The notes: generated by a model not told the origin, from the letters alone. Positions 12,353-25,958 are shown, counted from the stretch's first letter. The stretch: DNA of 64,000 bases from Octopus vulgaris (GCA_951406725.2 OX597817.1:24056001-24120000), one strand, 5' to 3'. Made by a program: numbers and translations.

Positions 12353-13223
12353 CAGAATATGCTTCAACATACAAACTCATATAAAGAATCTTGCAAACCA
12401 AATTCAAAAACGAAATACTGCATAAAGGTAACTGTAAAAAACTCCTTCTCTTATTGGCCCACCTCTCGCTCTCTCTATCTCTCTCTGTCTCCCTCCCTTT
12501 GTATTCACCTTCATCAACTGAAAAGTATATTTAGGGAGGTAATTTGTAATGTGGCCATGAGCAGTATATATAATATTTATCATTTCTCAAGAAAGGCAGA
12601 ACAAAAGGCAGAACCTAAGCAAATAATCCTTACATATATATCATCTTATTATTATTAAGGGTCTCTTAGCTGCTAGCAACATCACAGAAGAGACATAGAC
12701 TTTGTGAGCTTCTGTGAGAACAGCCCATCTTGGAGAGCAGCTGTTCAGAGAAAACTTGATTCAGAGTAGATAGTATACTCCAGTTCTATCAGACAAAAAT
12801 TCAAGTATGGATAACATCATAAATGACACTCAGTACATGCTGTAAAGTAGTTTGTGAGATATAAAGCATGTCACAGTTTCAAGAAGATAACATACTGCAA
12901 ATAGTACCTGACATGTGAGAGTGGAATACATTTCCAGCTAGATGGAAGGTGATATGAGTGTAAAAAAAGGGTACAGTAAATAATGCTATAAAATCTAAGT
13001 GATTGTAGAGTAAAGGATTGAGACCAAGAAAAGAACGATATCAGGAAAACCTAAAGAGACAGCAAGTGAGAAGTTCAAATTGGTATTATGTCAGGGTGTG
13101 ATATATTTGGTTTTGCACAAAGTAGTGTTCTAGAGAATGTTTAAGAAAACATAAAATTATGAGTTTGTTTTACAGTTTGAGATTACATAGACAGTATTTT
13201 AAATAGGATATGGGCAGTTCCCA

Positions 13224-13291
<68 letters not shown>

Positions 13292-13310
13292 TACTACTAC
13301 TACTACTACT
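13224..13310. repeat. (ATT)n(CTA)n microsatellite
   Basis: Direct reading. Confidence 0.95.
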
Positions 13311-14362
13311 ACCTCTGCCTTAGCGAAGGCGGAGATATTGTTTTCAGTCGTGTTTGTTTATTTGTTTGTTTGTCTGTGGACAAGTTATCTCAAGAACTGC
13401 TTGATGGATTTGGATGAAACTTTCAGTGATGTTTGGCCTCATGACTGGCACAAAACTGAGTAGATTTGGGGATCGATCTGGTACCAGAAAAGGATTCTGG
13501 ATAACTTGTTATATTTACTTTACCTTTCATGACGTATTACGATCTTATGCTGACTTTCAAGTCTTTCTCTGATTATCTCCCTTGAAAGCACGCTCATGGT
13601 TTCCACTTAACTTATGGCGGCGTTGCTGTTTCCAAAGCTTTATTTTTGTTTCTCTGTTATTAATTTTACTCAAATCTCTATCTTAGTAGAAACTGATGGA
13701 TAAAGAAATCAAACTACATTACCAAATGCCAGCAAAACTGTTCAGACATTAGACAAAAATAACATATTCAGTAACAATAATAAATTTCATTTATCTTTGA
13801 CAATTTCTAGAATTACCAATTTTGAATACGTGGCTCCTGTTTAAAACCTCTTACTACTTGATAATTGCATTTCTAACTCTGCCTTGAAGGATGCTTTACT
13901 TCTTGGACACACGTTTTTGTGTGCAATGATGTTGTTAAACCTCCATTAACAGCACTCTATGCAGGTCATTTCCGTTTTCTTTCTCACATAGATAAATTTT
14001 CGAATACAGACCTTAATGGTTATAAAGACATTATACCAGAGAATAGACTAAAAAAAAGGCCCTGTTCCCACTGTTCCTGCTCCCACTGCAGATGACACAC
14101 ACGGTATTATAAACACTGCTTGCACACCTGACTTCACACTCCATGACTACCACTGGGATCGATCAGGTACCAAACAAGGATACTGGATTATTTTTCCGCT
14201 TTTTTTACTTAATTTTTCAGAGCAGTCAGGTTCATTTTTAGTATTCTCATTTGTGAGAGCAGTCAAGTTTCTTTCAGATATTCTCATTTTAAAAATCATC
14301 TTTGGTTAATCGTTGAGAGGATGTTGGTGTTGCCTTGGCAGAGCTTTGTGCTCGCTGAGTGC
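13310..14362 (+). mobile_element. Helentron-associated (HINE-like) element with internal cargo
   Basis: 5' tacctctgcctt-agcg-aaggcggaga hairpin, then (tttg)n, and 3' ccttggcagag..ctcgctgagtgc. The motif gggatcgatc.ggtacc..aagga..ctggat is duplicated at 13469 and 14155 around ~650 bp of cargo. Confidence 0.7.
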
Positions 14363-14483
14363 AATGATGTTGTTAAACCTCCATTAACAGCACTCTATGC
14401 AGGTCATTTCCGTTTTCTTTCACACATAGATAAATTTTCGAATACAGACCTTAATGGTTATAAAGACATTATACCAGAGAATA

Positions 14484-14834
14484 CCCGTCTGATAAAGGTA
14501 CACCAGGCACATGCATCACAACAATATGTGCGCGACATGGTGATCTCATATCAAGATAAACAGCACATGACCTTGCAGGTGGGGCCCGGTTAGAATTTTC
14601 TTCAGGTTGAGTAGCCCATCCCGCTCAAACGGTCCCTGAATAAGGGTTGTTTAAGGATGTTGAAAGAACCACAACTGGTTAAGGTCAAACAACTGACAAG
14701 CAAATCTGTGGTATTGAGCAGAATATTTGCTGTAGCCCATCTTTTATACCAAGACAAAACAATGTACATGATAACACTTCCAATCAGTTTAGATCAGAAG
14801 CCATGAGAGCCACTGCCTGGTACTGCATCAGGGC

Positions 14835-14868
<34 letters not shown>

Positions 14869-14882
14869 ATTATTATTATTAC

Positions 14883-14920
<38 letters not shown>
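14484..14920 (+). mobile_element. 5'-truncated non-LTR retroposon fragment with (ATT)n tail
   Basis: GC-richer ~350-bp body ending gcatcagggcattt, directly followed by (ATT)n. Confidence 0.5.
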
Positions 14921-14922
<2 letters not shown>

Positions 14923-15134
14923 GCAAGTACAATTGCTATTGATATAATTGCTTGTTTCCTCTTCTTCATAAATGTTTCTTTTTAGTAGAAGCATAGAACT
15001 AATGCTTCCACTATTTATTCTATTTTCCCTTTCACAAGAAAGTATATATCATGTTGTAAGTAGTAAGTAACATATTTCATTAAAACATATTTGGGTTCCT
15101 TGTTTGTGCAGATAGCAGAAATAGTATATATGCT

Positions 15135-15428
15135 TACACACACACACATACACACATACATACACATAAAAATGCATGTATGTATATCTATACATACAAA
15201 TCTATCTATCTATTGCATATAAGTCTCTCTCTCTCTATATATATATATATACATATATATACACACATATAAATATATATTCATGCTTGCATACACATTC
15301 ACACACCACATGCATACATATAAAAATACACACACACACATATATATATATATACCACACATACACTACACATAAAAATGCATGTATGTATATCTATACA
15401 TACAAATCTATCTATCTATTGCATATAA

Positions 15429-15465
<37 letters not shown>

Positions 15466-15655
15466 ACAGATGTGTGTGTAGGTGTAAAATATATATATAT
15501 ACACATATATATAAATATATATATATATATATGTAAATATATATATATATATACATATATATACATACATACATATATACGTATATATACACACATATAA
15601 ATATATATTCATGCATGCATACACATTCACACACCACCTGCACACATATATAAAT

Positions 15656-15688
<33 letters not shown>

Positions 15689-15735
15689 CACATATATATA
15701 ACTACACACACAAACATATATATATAAATATATAC

Positions 15736-15779
<44 letters not shown>

Positions 15780-15790
15780 ACACACACTCA
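15135..15790. repeat. Low-complexity (AC/AT) region with internal block duplications
   Basis: cacataaaaatgcatgtatgtatatctatacatacaaatctatctatctattgcatataagt occurs at ~15163 and ~15369. atattcatgc.tgcatacacattcacacaccac occurs at ~15277 and ~15605. Confidence 0.85.
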
Positions 15791-16160
15791 CAAATAATAT
15801 ATAAAATAATAGTGCATGCAATACATGTACATTAAACTGAAGCAATACATGTTTCTGTATTCTTTCTTTCTCACCCTCTCTTTCCTTGCTATATATCACA
15901 TTAAATTGGTTTTATTGCATCAAAGAATTCATGTGTGAATGCATATATGAATATGCATATGTGTGTGTATGTGTGTGTATTATGGGCTATAGTGTATTTG
16001 ACTGTGAGCATCGGATTTGTGTAGTGCCATTCCGGTAGGAGAGAATGTTCATATGTTGTTGTTGTTCCTCTTATTGTTTACCTTTTTTTCTTCTTCTGCA
16101 AAATTTTTTTGTAATTTATCTATTGCAGTAGAAAGTAGCATTTGATTTTTATTGCCACAA

Positions 16161-16161
<1 letters not shown>

Positions 16162-16200
<39 letters not shown>

Positions 16201-16202
16201 CA

Positions 16203-16234
<32 letters not shown>

Positions 16235-16412
16235 ATAACAATAATAATAATAATAATGATAATAATAATAATGAGGATGATGATAATAATAATAATGGTA
16301 ATAATAATAATAATGATAATAATAATAATAATAAATAATAATAATAATAATGATCAGGAGGATGATGATGATAATAATAATGGTAATAATAATAATAGTA
16401 ATAATAATAATG

Positions 16413-16468
<56 letters not shown>

Positions 16469-16567
16469 TATTATTATAATATTAATAATAAAAATAATAA
16501 TAATAATAATGATTATAATATAAATTATAATAATAATAATTGCAATAATAACAATGATAGTAGTAGT

Positions 16568-16599
<32 letters not shown>

Positions 16600-16632
16600 A
16601 AGTAGTATTAGTAGTGGTAGTGGTAGTAGTTA
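16162..16632. repeat. Compound trinucleotide microsatellite (AAT/TAG/GAT/CAG)
   Basis: Direct reading; source of the 213- and 230-aa artefact ORFs. Confidence 0.95.
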
Positions 16633-17097
16633 TTGCATTTTCTTTCATAATCGGAATAACATAAATATAAATATATTTAAAGACATCCATTTACGTTTCC
16701 ACATTCACACATATGCACACCCACAGAGAGACTCCGGTAAAAGCGAATATCTGTTTGGGGCAAGGTGCGGGTGTTGTGCATGCATTAATAATTATAATGT
16801 TCCGCACATGTTGGCTGTATGGCCTCAGGAATAAATGCATCTATTTATGATTAGGTATGTGTGCAAACATATGTGATTAAGTATATTGTATATGTATGTA
16901 CATGTGCATACATAATCACTACTATTTAGCATTTATATACATATGCATATATATGTACAGACACACACATATATATATATACACACACACATATATATAT
17001 GTGTGTGTATGTATACACACACACATAGATAGATAGTGTGTGTGTGTGTCTCTCTCTCTATATATATATGTGTGAGTTTTGTGTGTGTGTCTGTCTA

Positions 17098-17169
<72 letters not shown>

Positions 17170-17170
<1 letters not shown>

Positions 17171-17830
17171 TAGCAGAAATACCTGGCGTTGCCCGGGTTA
17201 AAGAAAATAATGAAATTTAGAAGTGCCTTTTAGATCTCTAACATGAAACGTTGACTATGCAGTTCTCAACAGTAATTAGCTGAAGTACAAATTATTAATG
17301 TCAATAACATGTTTTATCCGATGTTCTCACTATTTAAATTGTTTAAAAAAATCAGGTAGTTCTAATATACAAAATTTAGGGGATAGAGTGTTTTTTAGGA
17401 GGGGTGGAGGGGGGATTTTCGTCTTAACTTTAAGGAAAATGGAAATTTTTTTAATGAAATTGTCTACAAATATACCTCGGACTAAGTAGATTCCAAACAT
17501 AGGAATTTGGGGGAAAACAATTGGAGGTTACTTTTGCGAACTGTTGCCCACTGGTGGTGCAGGTGGTGGTGGTGGTGTGGGGTTCGGAATAAGTTGTACA
17601 TATTTGTTTCAATTTTCTCCTTTTGTGCGTTTGTGCATCCGTATATAACCCTTAACCCTAGTCGTAAAATTTCGGAGAAAAAATTGAAAAGTTAAAGAGT
17701 GGGTGTATTAAAACATCTAAAAGTAGATGTTTTTAGCATATTCAGAATCTCTGTTGGAGACAAAGTCGGAATCCGCAGAGAAAAAAAGCACGAAAGCTTG
17801 GCATGCTTATTCTCACTGTCCTCACAGATA
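17170..17830 (-). mobile_element. Non-autonomous Helitron-like element
   Basis: Minus-strand 3' end acccgggcaacgccaggt...CTAG-T at 17170-17200. The body 17370-17641 is homologous, in inverted orientation, to 18857-19150. Confidence 0.6.
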
Positions 17831-18049
17831 TATATATATATAATGAAAAAAGTTCAAACGGGGAATTATTTCATGTTTATTATAGAGATTATGTAAAAAA
17901 TTATACTTTACACTTCTATATTTAATTGTGCGTATAAATTCCTTATTTTTGCTTCTATTAGAACCGTTTACCTGAGAATTTACTTAAAGTGAAACAAAAG
18001 ATAGTATGCAACAGACAAGTCGTCTTAATAACACACACACATATATATA

Positions 18050-18709
18050 TATCTGATTCTTTGGTCTACTCTTCCCCCACTCTCTCACATGTCTCTGTCT
18101 TTCTCACTTTGCACCCTACTGATTCTGTCGCCAAGCCAATCTTTGGCACGCTCTCTTTCTTCTCCCCTCTTTAATTCCTTCTTTCTCTCTCTTCTGCCCC
18201 CTTTGGTGCCTTCATCCTCTTTCTCTTCTCTCTTTGATTCCTTTGACCTCTTGTTTTTCTCTCTCTTCTCCCCTCACGTGACCGCTGGTCAACCAGCCTT
18301 TCGGCTTCTAACCAGCGCCGTGAGAACATCGTTGTCTTCGTCTGCCGATAAAGGCATTTTTTTTCCAAATACGCCAGCTAAACTAAGTTGTACTGTCTAT
18401 TAGTCGTAAGACACCCGCTGTTTTTGTCCTGTTATTACTATTATTGTTTTTTGTATTTATATTCGTGTGGCATCGTCCGTTTTTCTGTCCTTGTTTCGTA
18501 TACATTCGATCCTTTTTCCAAGAAATCTAATGCTTGTAGCTTAGATTTTCCTTGGGGCTGGCCGGATCGGAGCGATCTCAAGATTAATCAGCCGAAATTG
18601 CGAGGATGATCCGGTTCTTGACTGAAGATTGAAGGCTTCGAATGTCTCGCCCGTGTTTTTTGTAGTGTCTTCTAAATGTTTTACGTTCTTGTCCCAGTTT
18701 GTATTTTTC

Positions 18710-18715
<6 letters not shown>
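18050..18715 (+). mobile_element. Probable Penelope-like non-autonomous repeat between (AT)n tracts
   Basis: Pyrimidine-rich tract, then a degenerate hammerhead-like segment ccgataa-aggc..gcc..taaactaa..ttagtc-gtaagac at ~18330-18415. Confidence 0.4.
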
Positions 18716-18765
<50 letters not shown>

Positions 18766-18856
18766 GTGTACCAGATATTTAGCTGTTATTTTTAGCATGT
18801 GTTTTCTGGTGTGGGCTTCATTTGCCTTCATTACCAGTTGCGTCAGTAGAAATCTG

Positions 18857-19215
18857 CGGATGCACAAAGGCACAAAACAAAAACTGTAACAAATATGGAC
18901 GACTTGTTTCGAAACACCCCCCGAATGGGGAACAGTCTCAAAAATAACCCACCCGCCCCCAATTGTTTTCCCCGAAAATTTCTATATATTCGGAATCTAC
19001 ATAGTCCGATGTTATATTTATAGACAATTTTATAAAAAAAATATTCATTTTCCTTAAAATTAAGCGAATTGAAGTGGACTCCGGTGAATTTTCCGAAAAT
19101 CCTCCCCCCCTCCTAAACCCCGCCCCCAACAATTTGGTATATTTGGGATTTAGTTGGTATAACATATATTCGTAGAAAATTTCATAAAAAATATCCATTT
19201 TTCTGAAAGTTTTAT
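18857..19215 (+). mobile_element. Repeat fragment homologous (inverted) to 17370-17641
   Basis: cggatgcacaaa..caattgttttccc..ggaatctac.tagtccga..agacaatt..cattttccttaaa. Confidence 0.65.
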
Positions 19216-19225
19216 GATCATCCAT

Positions 19226-19635
19226 AGGCGTAGGAGTGGCTGTGTGGTAAGTAACTTGCTAACCAACCACATGGTTCCGGGTTCAGTCCCACTGCGTCGC
19301 ATCTTGGGAAAGTGTCTTCTGCTATAGCCCCGGGCCGACCAATGCCTTGTGAGTGGATTTGGTAGACGGAAACTGAAAGAAGCCTGTCGTATATATGTAT
19401 ATATATAAGTGTGTGTGTATATGTTTGTGTGTCTGTGTTTGTCCCCCTAGCATTGCTTGACAACCGATTCTGGTGTGTTTACGTCCCCGTCACTTAGCGG
19501 TTCGGCAAAAGAGACTAATAGAATAAGTACTGGGCTTACAAAGAATAAGTCCCGGGGTCGATTTGCTCGACTAAAGGCGGTGCTCCAGCATGGCCGCAGT
19601 CAAATGACTGAAACAAGTAAAAGAGTAAAAGAGTA
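19226..19635 (+). mobile_element. tRNA-derived SINE family A, full length
   Basis: Head aggcgtaggagtggctgtgtggtaag..ggttcagtccc, CORE-like ttgggaaagtg, internal (AT/GT)n and an (agtaaaag)n tail. Confidence 0.92.
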
Positions 19636-19814
19636 TCCAATGTCGGCGAGTGGGGCAGAAATCTGTAGTTATGTCCTGTTGACAACTGATCAATTAAATG
19701 AAATCTCCATATGAAATCTTTTTTCTCGCATAGGTATATATCTTAAGCAAACAGAAAGCCGGAGAAGAATATAAAAAATAAAAGTAACTTTAGAAATTCA
19801 TTTTTATCTGAAAT

Positions 19815-20763
19815 CGTCACACGACCGTGCGAAGGAGAGGTGACTAGAATGGCTCCTTTAGTACACGACACGGTCGATTACAATATATGCGAAAAGGATA
19901 AATGAGTACAAGTGCTAGAAGGGAAAGAGAGACACAGCCAGTAGAATGTTTAAGAGAAGATTTTATTGATAGGTTAACATGTGTGTCTGTGTGTGCGTCA
20001 TATATGCATTATAATAATAGACAGGCCGTCATGTATACAATGTGAATGTGTGTGCATTAAGTAGAGGGCATTGAAAGAGTCTATAATATGACGTTAGAAG
20101 AATGTTCAGACACAAGGATGATAAATACCAGTTGGTAGTCAAGGTACACGATAGTTGAAGTGCTGTAACAAGAAGTTGTGGCGAAGAAGCACAGCCGGTT
20201 GAGGCACATGTCGTGTAAGAAGTTGCGACTACTATGCTGCAGCCGGTCACTCGATACAGGAAGTTCTCGCAGGTTGTGCTTGCTGTTAACCATGGTGAAG
20301 TAATTCACGAACAGTGAGGAGATAGAAACCTGTACGAGTGATGCTGGTTGCTGTGTACGTAGAGAGATGCCGTTGACGACGTTAAGACGGAGGTGACAGA
20401 GATGGAGGTCCTGAATGCTGCTGGACGAAGTGATGCTGTTTCTCCATGTTGATGCTGTTGGTGTTGTCGCTGGAACTGGCTGTGTGCTCTGTGGTTAGTG
20501 GTTAGACCTAAAAAGGTATGGAACCGAAAGACGAAAGACGGTGTTGAAGCTAACCTTTTATGCTGTACAGTCGGCGCAAACTGGGGTTTCGAAGAGACTT
20601 CTCACGTGACCTTATCAGAAGGCTGCAGTTGGTTGGGTTGCATATTGGCGCGCAATAGAGCAAGAGACAAAAGTGCGCCAACACCAACCAATCAGAGTAG
20701 TAGACACAACAGGGTCCAAAAGAGCGGCCGTAGGCTAGCTGTTATCTACTACGTCCGTACTCA
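19815..20763 (-). mobile_element. Probable solo LTR
   Basis: GC-richer ~950-bp block with cgtcac.. / ..ctca ends. On the minus strand a TATA-like cataaaagg (~20555) precedes AATAAA (~19965). No TSD seen. Confidence 0.4.
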
Positions 20764-20997
20764 TGTGTATATAACAGAGAGAGAGAGAGAGAGTTCGCTA
20801 CACATATGTGTGTTTAAATAGTTGGTTACTTAGTTACTACTGCACCAAGAATAATCACATGGGTTTTAAATGTGAAATATCAAGTCTTAATAAGATCAAC
20901 AAATCTCCCACTCATTGTCTGTTATGCTTTTTCCCTCTCTACATGAATTTACCACACTTTATCACTCTCTGTATATTAAATCGCTCCTGCATTTTGC

Positions 20998-21030
<33 letters not shown>

Positions 21031-21314
21031 CATATGATATGTAATTGCTTTCTGTCATGCAGAAAATGATAGCTTCCTAATCCTGTTTTCTGATTGGGTA
21101 AAAATTATCAAGCTTAAATCTTCTGAATCGCTGATTTAAATTTTTTTTCTGGAATAAATGGATCACAAAATCGGATTCAGCATGAAAATGTATATCAATA
21201 TACCCAAAATTTGAATATTTTGATTCAATTTTAAAATTTAAAAATCCGTGACAGCAACAAAAAAGATCTCTTTCCCCCTCTCTCTAATTTTCTTTTTCTC
21301 CTTTCTCTCTGTAA

Positions 21315-21364
<50 letters not shown>

Positions 21365-22931
21365 CTTTTAAGCTTTTGTAGCGTACACTCGAGTCAAATT
21401 CCTCTCCTCATTATTAGATATACGTACATACGAACGTAGCAGATAACAGCTAGTCTTTAGTCGCTATTTGGACCCCATTGTGTCCACTATCCTGATTAGT
21501 TGGTATTGGTGCACTTTGTCTCTTACTCTGTCGCGCCTATATGCAGGTTCAAGGCATAAACCCTCTTCCCGAGTGACGGCATAAGTTCTAGCTGTTTTGA
21601 TAAGGGAAATCGGAAAGATTTGACATGATTTCATCGGCATTTACTTGTACCAAAGAACACTCTTTCAATAAACAACACGCTGATCTCATAAGTGTTGCGT
21701 GGTAGAAATAAACGCAATTACCAAACTTTCAATTCAGTATTTCGGTTTTTTTTCTTTTTTTCTTTTTCTTTTTCTTTTTGCATTTCAATTTGTACATCTG
21801 TACTCCCGACTCCGTACAAGCGCATATGTAAAACGACGTCCTTTATTTATTAATCATTATCTACTGATATCAAAATAACTAGTATATTGAAAAATATAAA
21901 TTTTTTTTGGGGGGAGGGGGGCAATTTGTGACTCCAAGGGTTGAAAGGGGGCCTTTGGCCAAAATGGGTTGAGAACCTTTGCTTTAAACGTTCGTCAATT
22001 GTGGTTAGTAAAATGTGTGAGTAACATTTGTGCTTGAGCTGATTTGCTAACTGCTAACCATTGTGTTGCTGGGAATAGTTCTTATGTTGATGTTAGTTCT
22101 GTGTTGCTGTCAGCATTTCGTCATGATGATATCAGATCGATTATGTATGTTTGCCATATTGTTTTCCGTGTTGTCTCTCCTACAACCAAAGGCTCTCTCT
22201 GCGCTCCCTGGGTCTTGATTCGGTTAGGAAAGGAAGTCTACAAAGTTGGAGGATGTAGCGGGTTCAGAGTGGAGAGTTGAAATAGAGGAATAACAAGAGG
22301 AGATAAGAGAAGCAGAGCATGGAGAAGGAGATTATGAGTGACTAGGCGATTGAATAGAAGTAGAAGTAGTTGTATTGAGTCAAGAAATTGATAAGAAGAT
22401 ATTGTAATGGGAATCTTCGTTGGTTGGTATGTTGACAGACTGATGTTCATTAATCAGGATAGTAGGGGTTATAGAAGACTAGAAGAAGAGACAACGAGCA
22501 AAGTAGGGAGTGTGGTTGAGATAGCGGGTGAAAAGGGGCTACTGAGAAAGAAAAGTAGGAGTGAGGAAAAAAGGAAGGGCGAGTATTGAAATGGCAGTGA
22601 TGGGATTTAGTTATTGATGTAGGCAGGGAGTCGAAGGGGTAACTGGGGGAATGGTGGTGAGATGAAGACAGACGAGGAATACTGAAGTAAGGAGAAAAGT
22701 ACAAAGAGAATAGACAGATAGTACTGGACAACACACTTGATATTGCTGTTGGTCATGCACATTTGCAAAAGTTACATTTATAACTGAAAAACAATTTATT
22801 TAGCACTCAAATGAAATAGAGTAAAACAAATTCATTCTGATGTTGTTGTTGATATTCATGCCTAAAGTTGTACTGATTAAGCAGGCGTATGATCAAATGC
22901 GTTACAAATGTCCAATGAGATATGCCTTTAA

Positions 22932-23151
22932 ACCTTTAGTGTTTAAACCGGCCATACCAGGCCAAAATTGTCTTCCTGTTTTATGCTCAAACCAGCCAGC
23001 TCTGCCCTCTCACACCTACCCTACAAAGTCAGTCTAAAAATAAACAGGGGTATCATCAAAATCTCAGAGTTACAAGATGCTGTACAATTAATTTAAAACA
23101 ATGTAATTAAACAGGCTTTACATTTGACAGATTAATCTGAATGCTAAAGGG
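22932..23151. mobile_element. piggyBac-type MITE
   Basis: TTAA on both sides with termini acctttagtgttt / gaatgctaaaggg. Related copy at 36500-37072. Confidence 0.75.
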
Positions 23152-23935
23152 TTAAGATTGTTTGGGGTGAGCTAATTGAGACATCATAATGTGTTTCTAA
23201 TAGTTTAAGTTAACACATATAGACTTCCGTATTAACAGTCCTATAATTAGCACTAATAAACAGGTTAAGTGCATAAGCTCAAATTTTTGAGCGAATCACT
23301 AGCATTTCACGCTCAATATCTCTCTGTATGCTATACATTGCCTACTGCTCTATAGATACACTTTGTCGGTTAAAATATTACAGCGCAATTTATTTGTTAG
23401 TTGATCCTCCTGTTGATATTAATGATGCTCTAGTCGTAAGTTTAACTGAGGAATTGTGAAGCGATGAAATTTCATGTTTATAATTACAAACCTTGTATTA
23501 ACTGAGATGAACCATCATTCTTGAAAACAGTCTAGTCTGACACTGCAGCAAACATGATTTCTATAGAACGAGCACCGCTTTGAAGACCATTTGATTAGAT
23601 ATCATGGTTAAATACGGCAAAGTTGATTATGAAAACAGGAAGAAACTTTTCTATTGGAAATTACGATTACAAAAAGAAATAAAAATGCAAAAAATAAAAA
23701 TATGGCGCCTATTAGCAACAAAGTTTACCAGTTCACTGTAATCTATCGTCTGATGGCTGCAAGAGTTATGTTAGCTGCTACATGAAGAGAATGGAAAAGA
23801 GAGAAATAGATGAGTAGGAGAAGAGAAAAAGATTAAATTGATAAAAATGTCTAGATACATACATATCCACACGCAAACCCACACACAAACACACGCACAC
23901 ACATTCACAATATGTATACATGCATACATATGTAT

Positions 23936-24752
23936 ATTAGATTGGTACGAAAATAGTTTCAAAATTTGATGCTTATTCTGAAATAAACTTTTATTTAACT
24001 ATGTTCATGTAATATACCATTATGAGGGGCGGATTTCCATTGATTTATGCTGATAGTTTTGTTTCTATTGTTTATTTTTATTAATTTTAGGCTGGACAAA
24101 TAGCAAATTTATTGTGGTTTGTGTCGTATGAGTTCAAAATAAAACATCAAGTAACTGTTGGCAATATTTTGGCCAGAACTATTGTCAAATGTACATCTCA
24201 ACATTAGTTTTAAACATTTTGGGTAGAATCGAAAGCTTAAAGATGACGAACGTTGTGGACGACATTTTGCAATAGACGATGGCCAATTGAGGACTGCTGT
24301 TGAAGCTAGCCCACAAAAAGAATCTTAAGAAATGAAAAGAAAAATCTATGCGTTGATCATCCAAAGTCATTCAACATTTATTAACTTAGTGAGTGAAAAA
24401 GCTAGATAAATGAATGCTCTAAGAGCTAAACGAAAATTAAATGCATCACTGATATAATTCTAAGCTTTATTCGTGCAACAAAAATAATCCATTTTTTCAT
24501 CCTGCTGAAAAACAGATAAATTCTGTGAAAACTGAAAACAAATAAATACTTTCTCTGTGGAAAACAAATAAATTCTACGGGAAAACTTATGTATTCCTGG
24601 TAGATGCTTGAGGTGAAACAGTTTCCCTAAGAGAGGCTATGGAAAGAAAGCTGTGTTTACTGTTTACTGATCAGAAAACCGTCCACAATTATACATTGCC
24701 AGGGAATAGACAAAAACGCTTATTGAAACTAACTATTACTTTTGTACCAAGA
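23936..24752 (+). mobile_element. Decayed mariner transposon
   Basis: Ends tattagattggtacgaa.. / ..ttttgtaccaa. Peptide SLKDDERCGR..IDDGQLRTAVEASP. Confidence 0.65.
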
Positions 24753-25548
24753 CGAAGACACTTGAACTGTGGGAGTTTTACAAATGAATTTTAATATTTG
24801 TTTGGTTCAGAATGGTAATGGATGAATATAACAGAGTTTATGAGGAGAGAGGTGAGAGAGAATCTTTGTATTTACTGGCTTTTATGTGTGTTACTACCGA
24901 AATGTGCCTGTGCGAGGGAGAAAGTCTGTGAAATATAGCAAGTGTCTGTTTTGTGATTAGGAAGAATACTTATGTGACTGCAAAATTTGTCTTTGTGACC
25001 GAAAAAAACCCTCTAAAAAATCAAACAATGCATGCTGATAAGTTTAATCTCTCAGACAGTAGGATAGTGAATGTATTAAGCGGGCATGGATGTTTATTTG
25101 TGAATGTAACTTTCAGTGGTGCATAGGAGTCCACATTATATAGACCAAGGCAGGAAATTAATACAGGAAGAATTGTGGTGGCTGAGACATTGCAACTGTC
25201 ATTTAATTAGATTTGGTGTATATCTGTATTTATATACATCTGCTCTCTACATATACGTGCACCAATATAACCACACACGCAATAAAAGATTTAAGTGTGT
25301 GTGTATGTGTATGGGTATGTATGTGTGTCTGTATGTATGTGTGTGTGTGTGTGTGTAGATATATACATACTGTGATGAAAGTACAGCAGATAACACACGC
25401 ACGTATATATAGAGAAATATTTAATTTTACTAATAGATATTGTCAGTTTCATCATTTCAAAAAAGTTTGGAAATCCAGTTAAAGTCGAAACACATACAGA
25501 TACTTTTCAAAATCATTAACTTGTAAAGGCAAGTAAATATAAATAAAT

Positions 25549-25958
25549 AGGCGCAGGAGTGGCTGTGTGGTAAGTAGCTTGTTTACCAACCACATGGTAC
25601 CGGGTTCAGTCCCACTGCGTGGCACCTTGGGCAAGTGTCTTCTACTATAGCCTCGGGCCGACAAATGCCTTGTGAGTGGATTTGGTAGACGGAAACTGAA
25701 TAAAGCCCATCGTATATATGTATATATATGTGTATGTGTATGTGTATGTGTGTGTTGGTGTTTGTCCCCCTAGCATTGCTTGACAACCGGTGCTGGTGTG
25801 TTTATGTCCCCGTCACTTAGCGGTTCGGCAAAAGAGACCGATAGATTAAGTACTGGGCTTACAAAGAATAAGTCCCGGGGTCGAGTTGCTCGATTAAAGG
25901 CGGTACTCCAGCATGGCCGCAGTCAAATGACTGAAACAAGTAAAAGAGTAAAAGAGTA
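25549..25958 (+). mobile_element. SINE family A, full length
   Basis: Same head, body and tail as 19226-19635. Confidence 0.92.

Noticed and set aside
16049-16834. The two longest ORFs (213 and 230 aa), poly-I/N/Y/S
   Set aside because: They arise from a compound trinucleotide microsatellite that is open on both strands.
19218-19714. Recurrent peptides such as RASFSFCLPNPLTR and [19 protein letters not shown] that look like a paralogous gene family
   Set aside because: They are incidental translations of SINE family A copies.
21985-22735. Purine-rich block that might be a Penelope C-terminal fragment
   Set aside because: It is too degenerate to recover a diagnostic motif.
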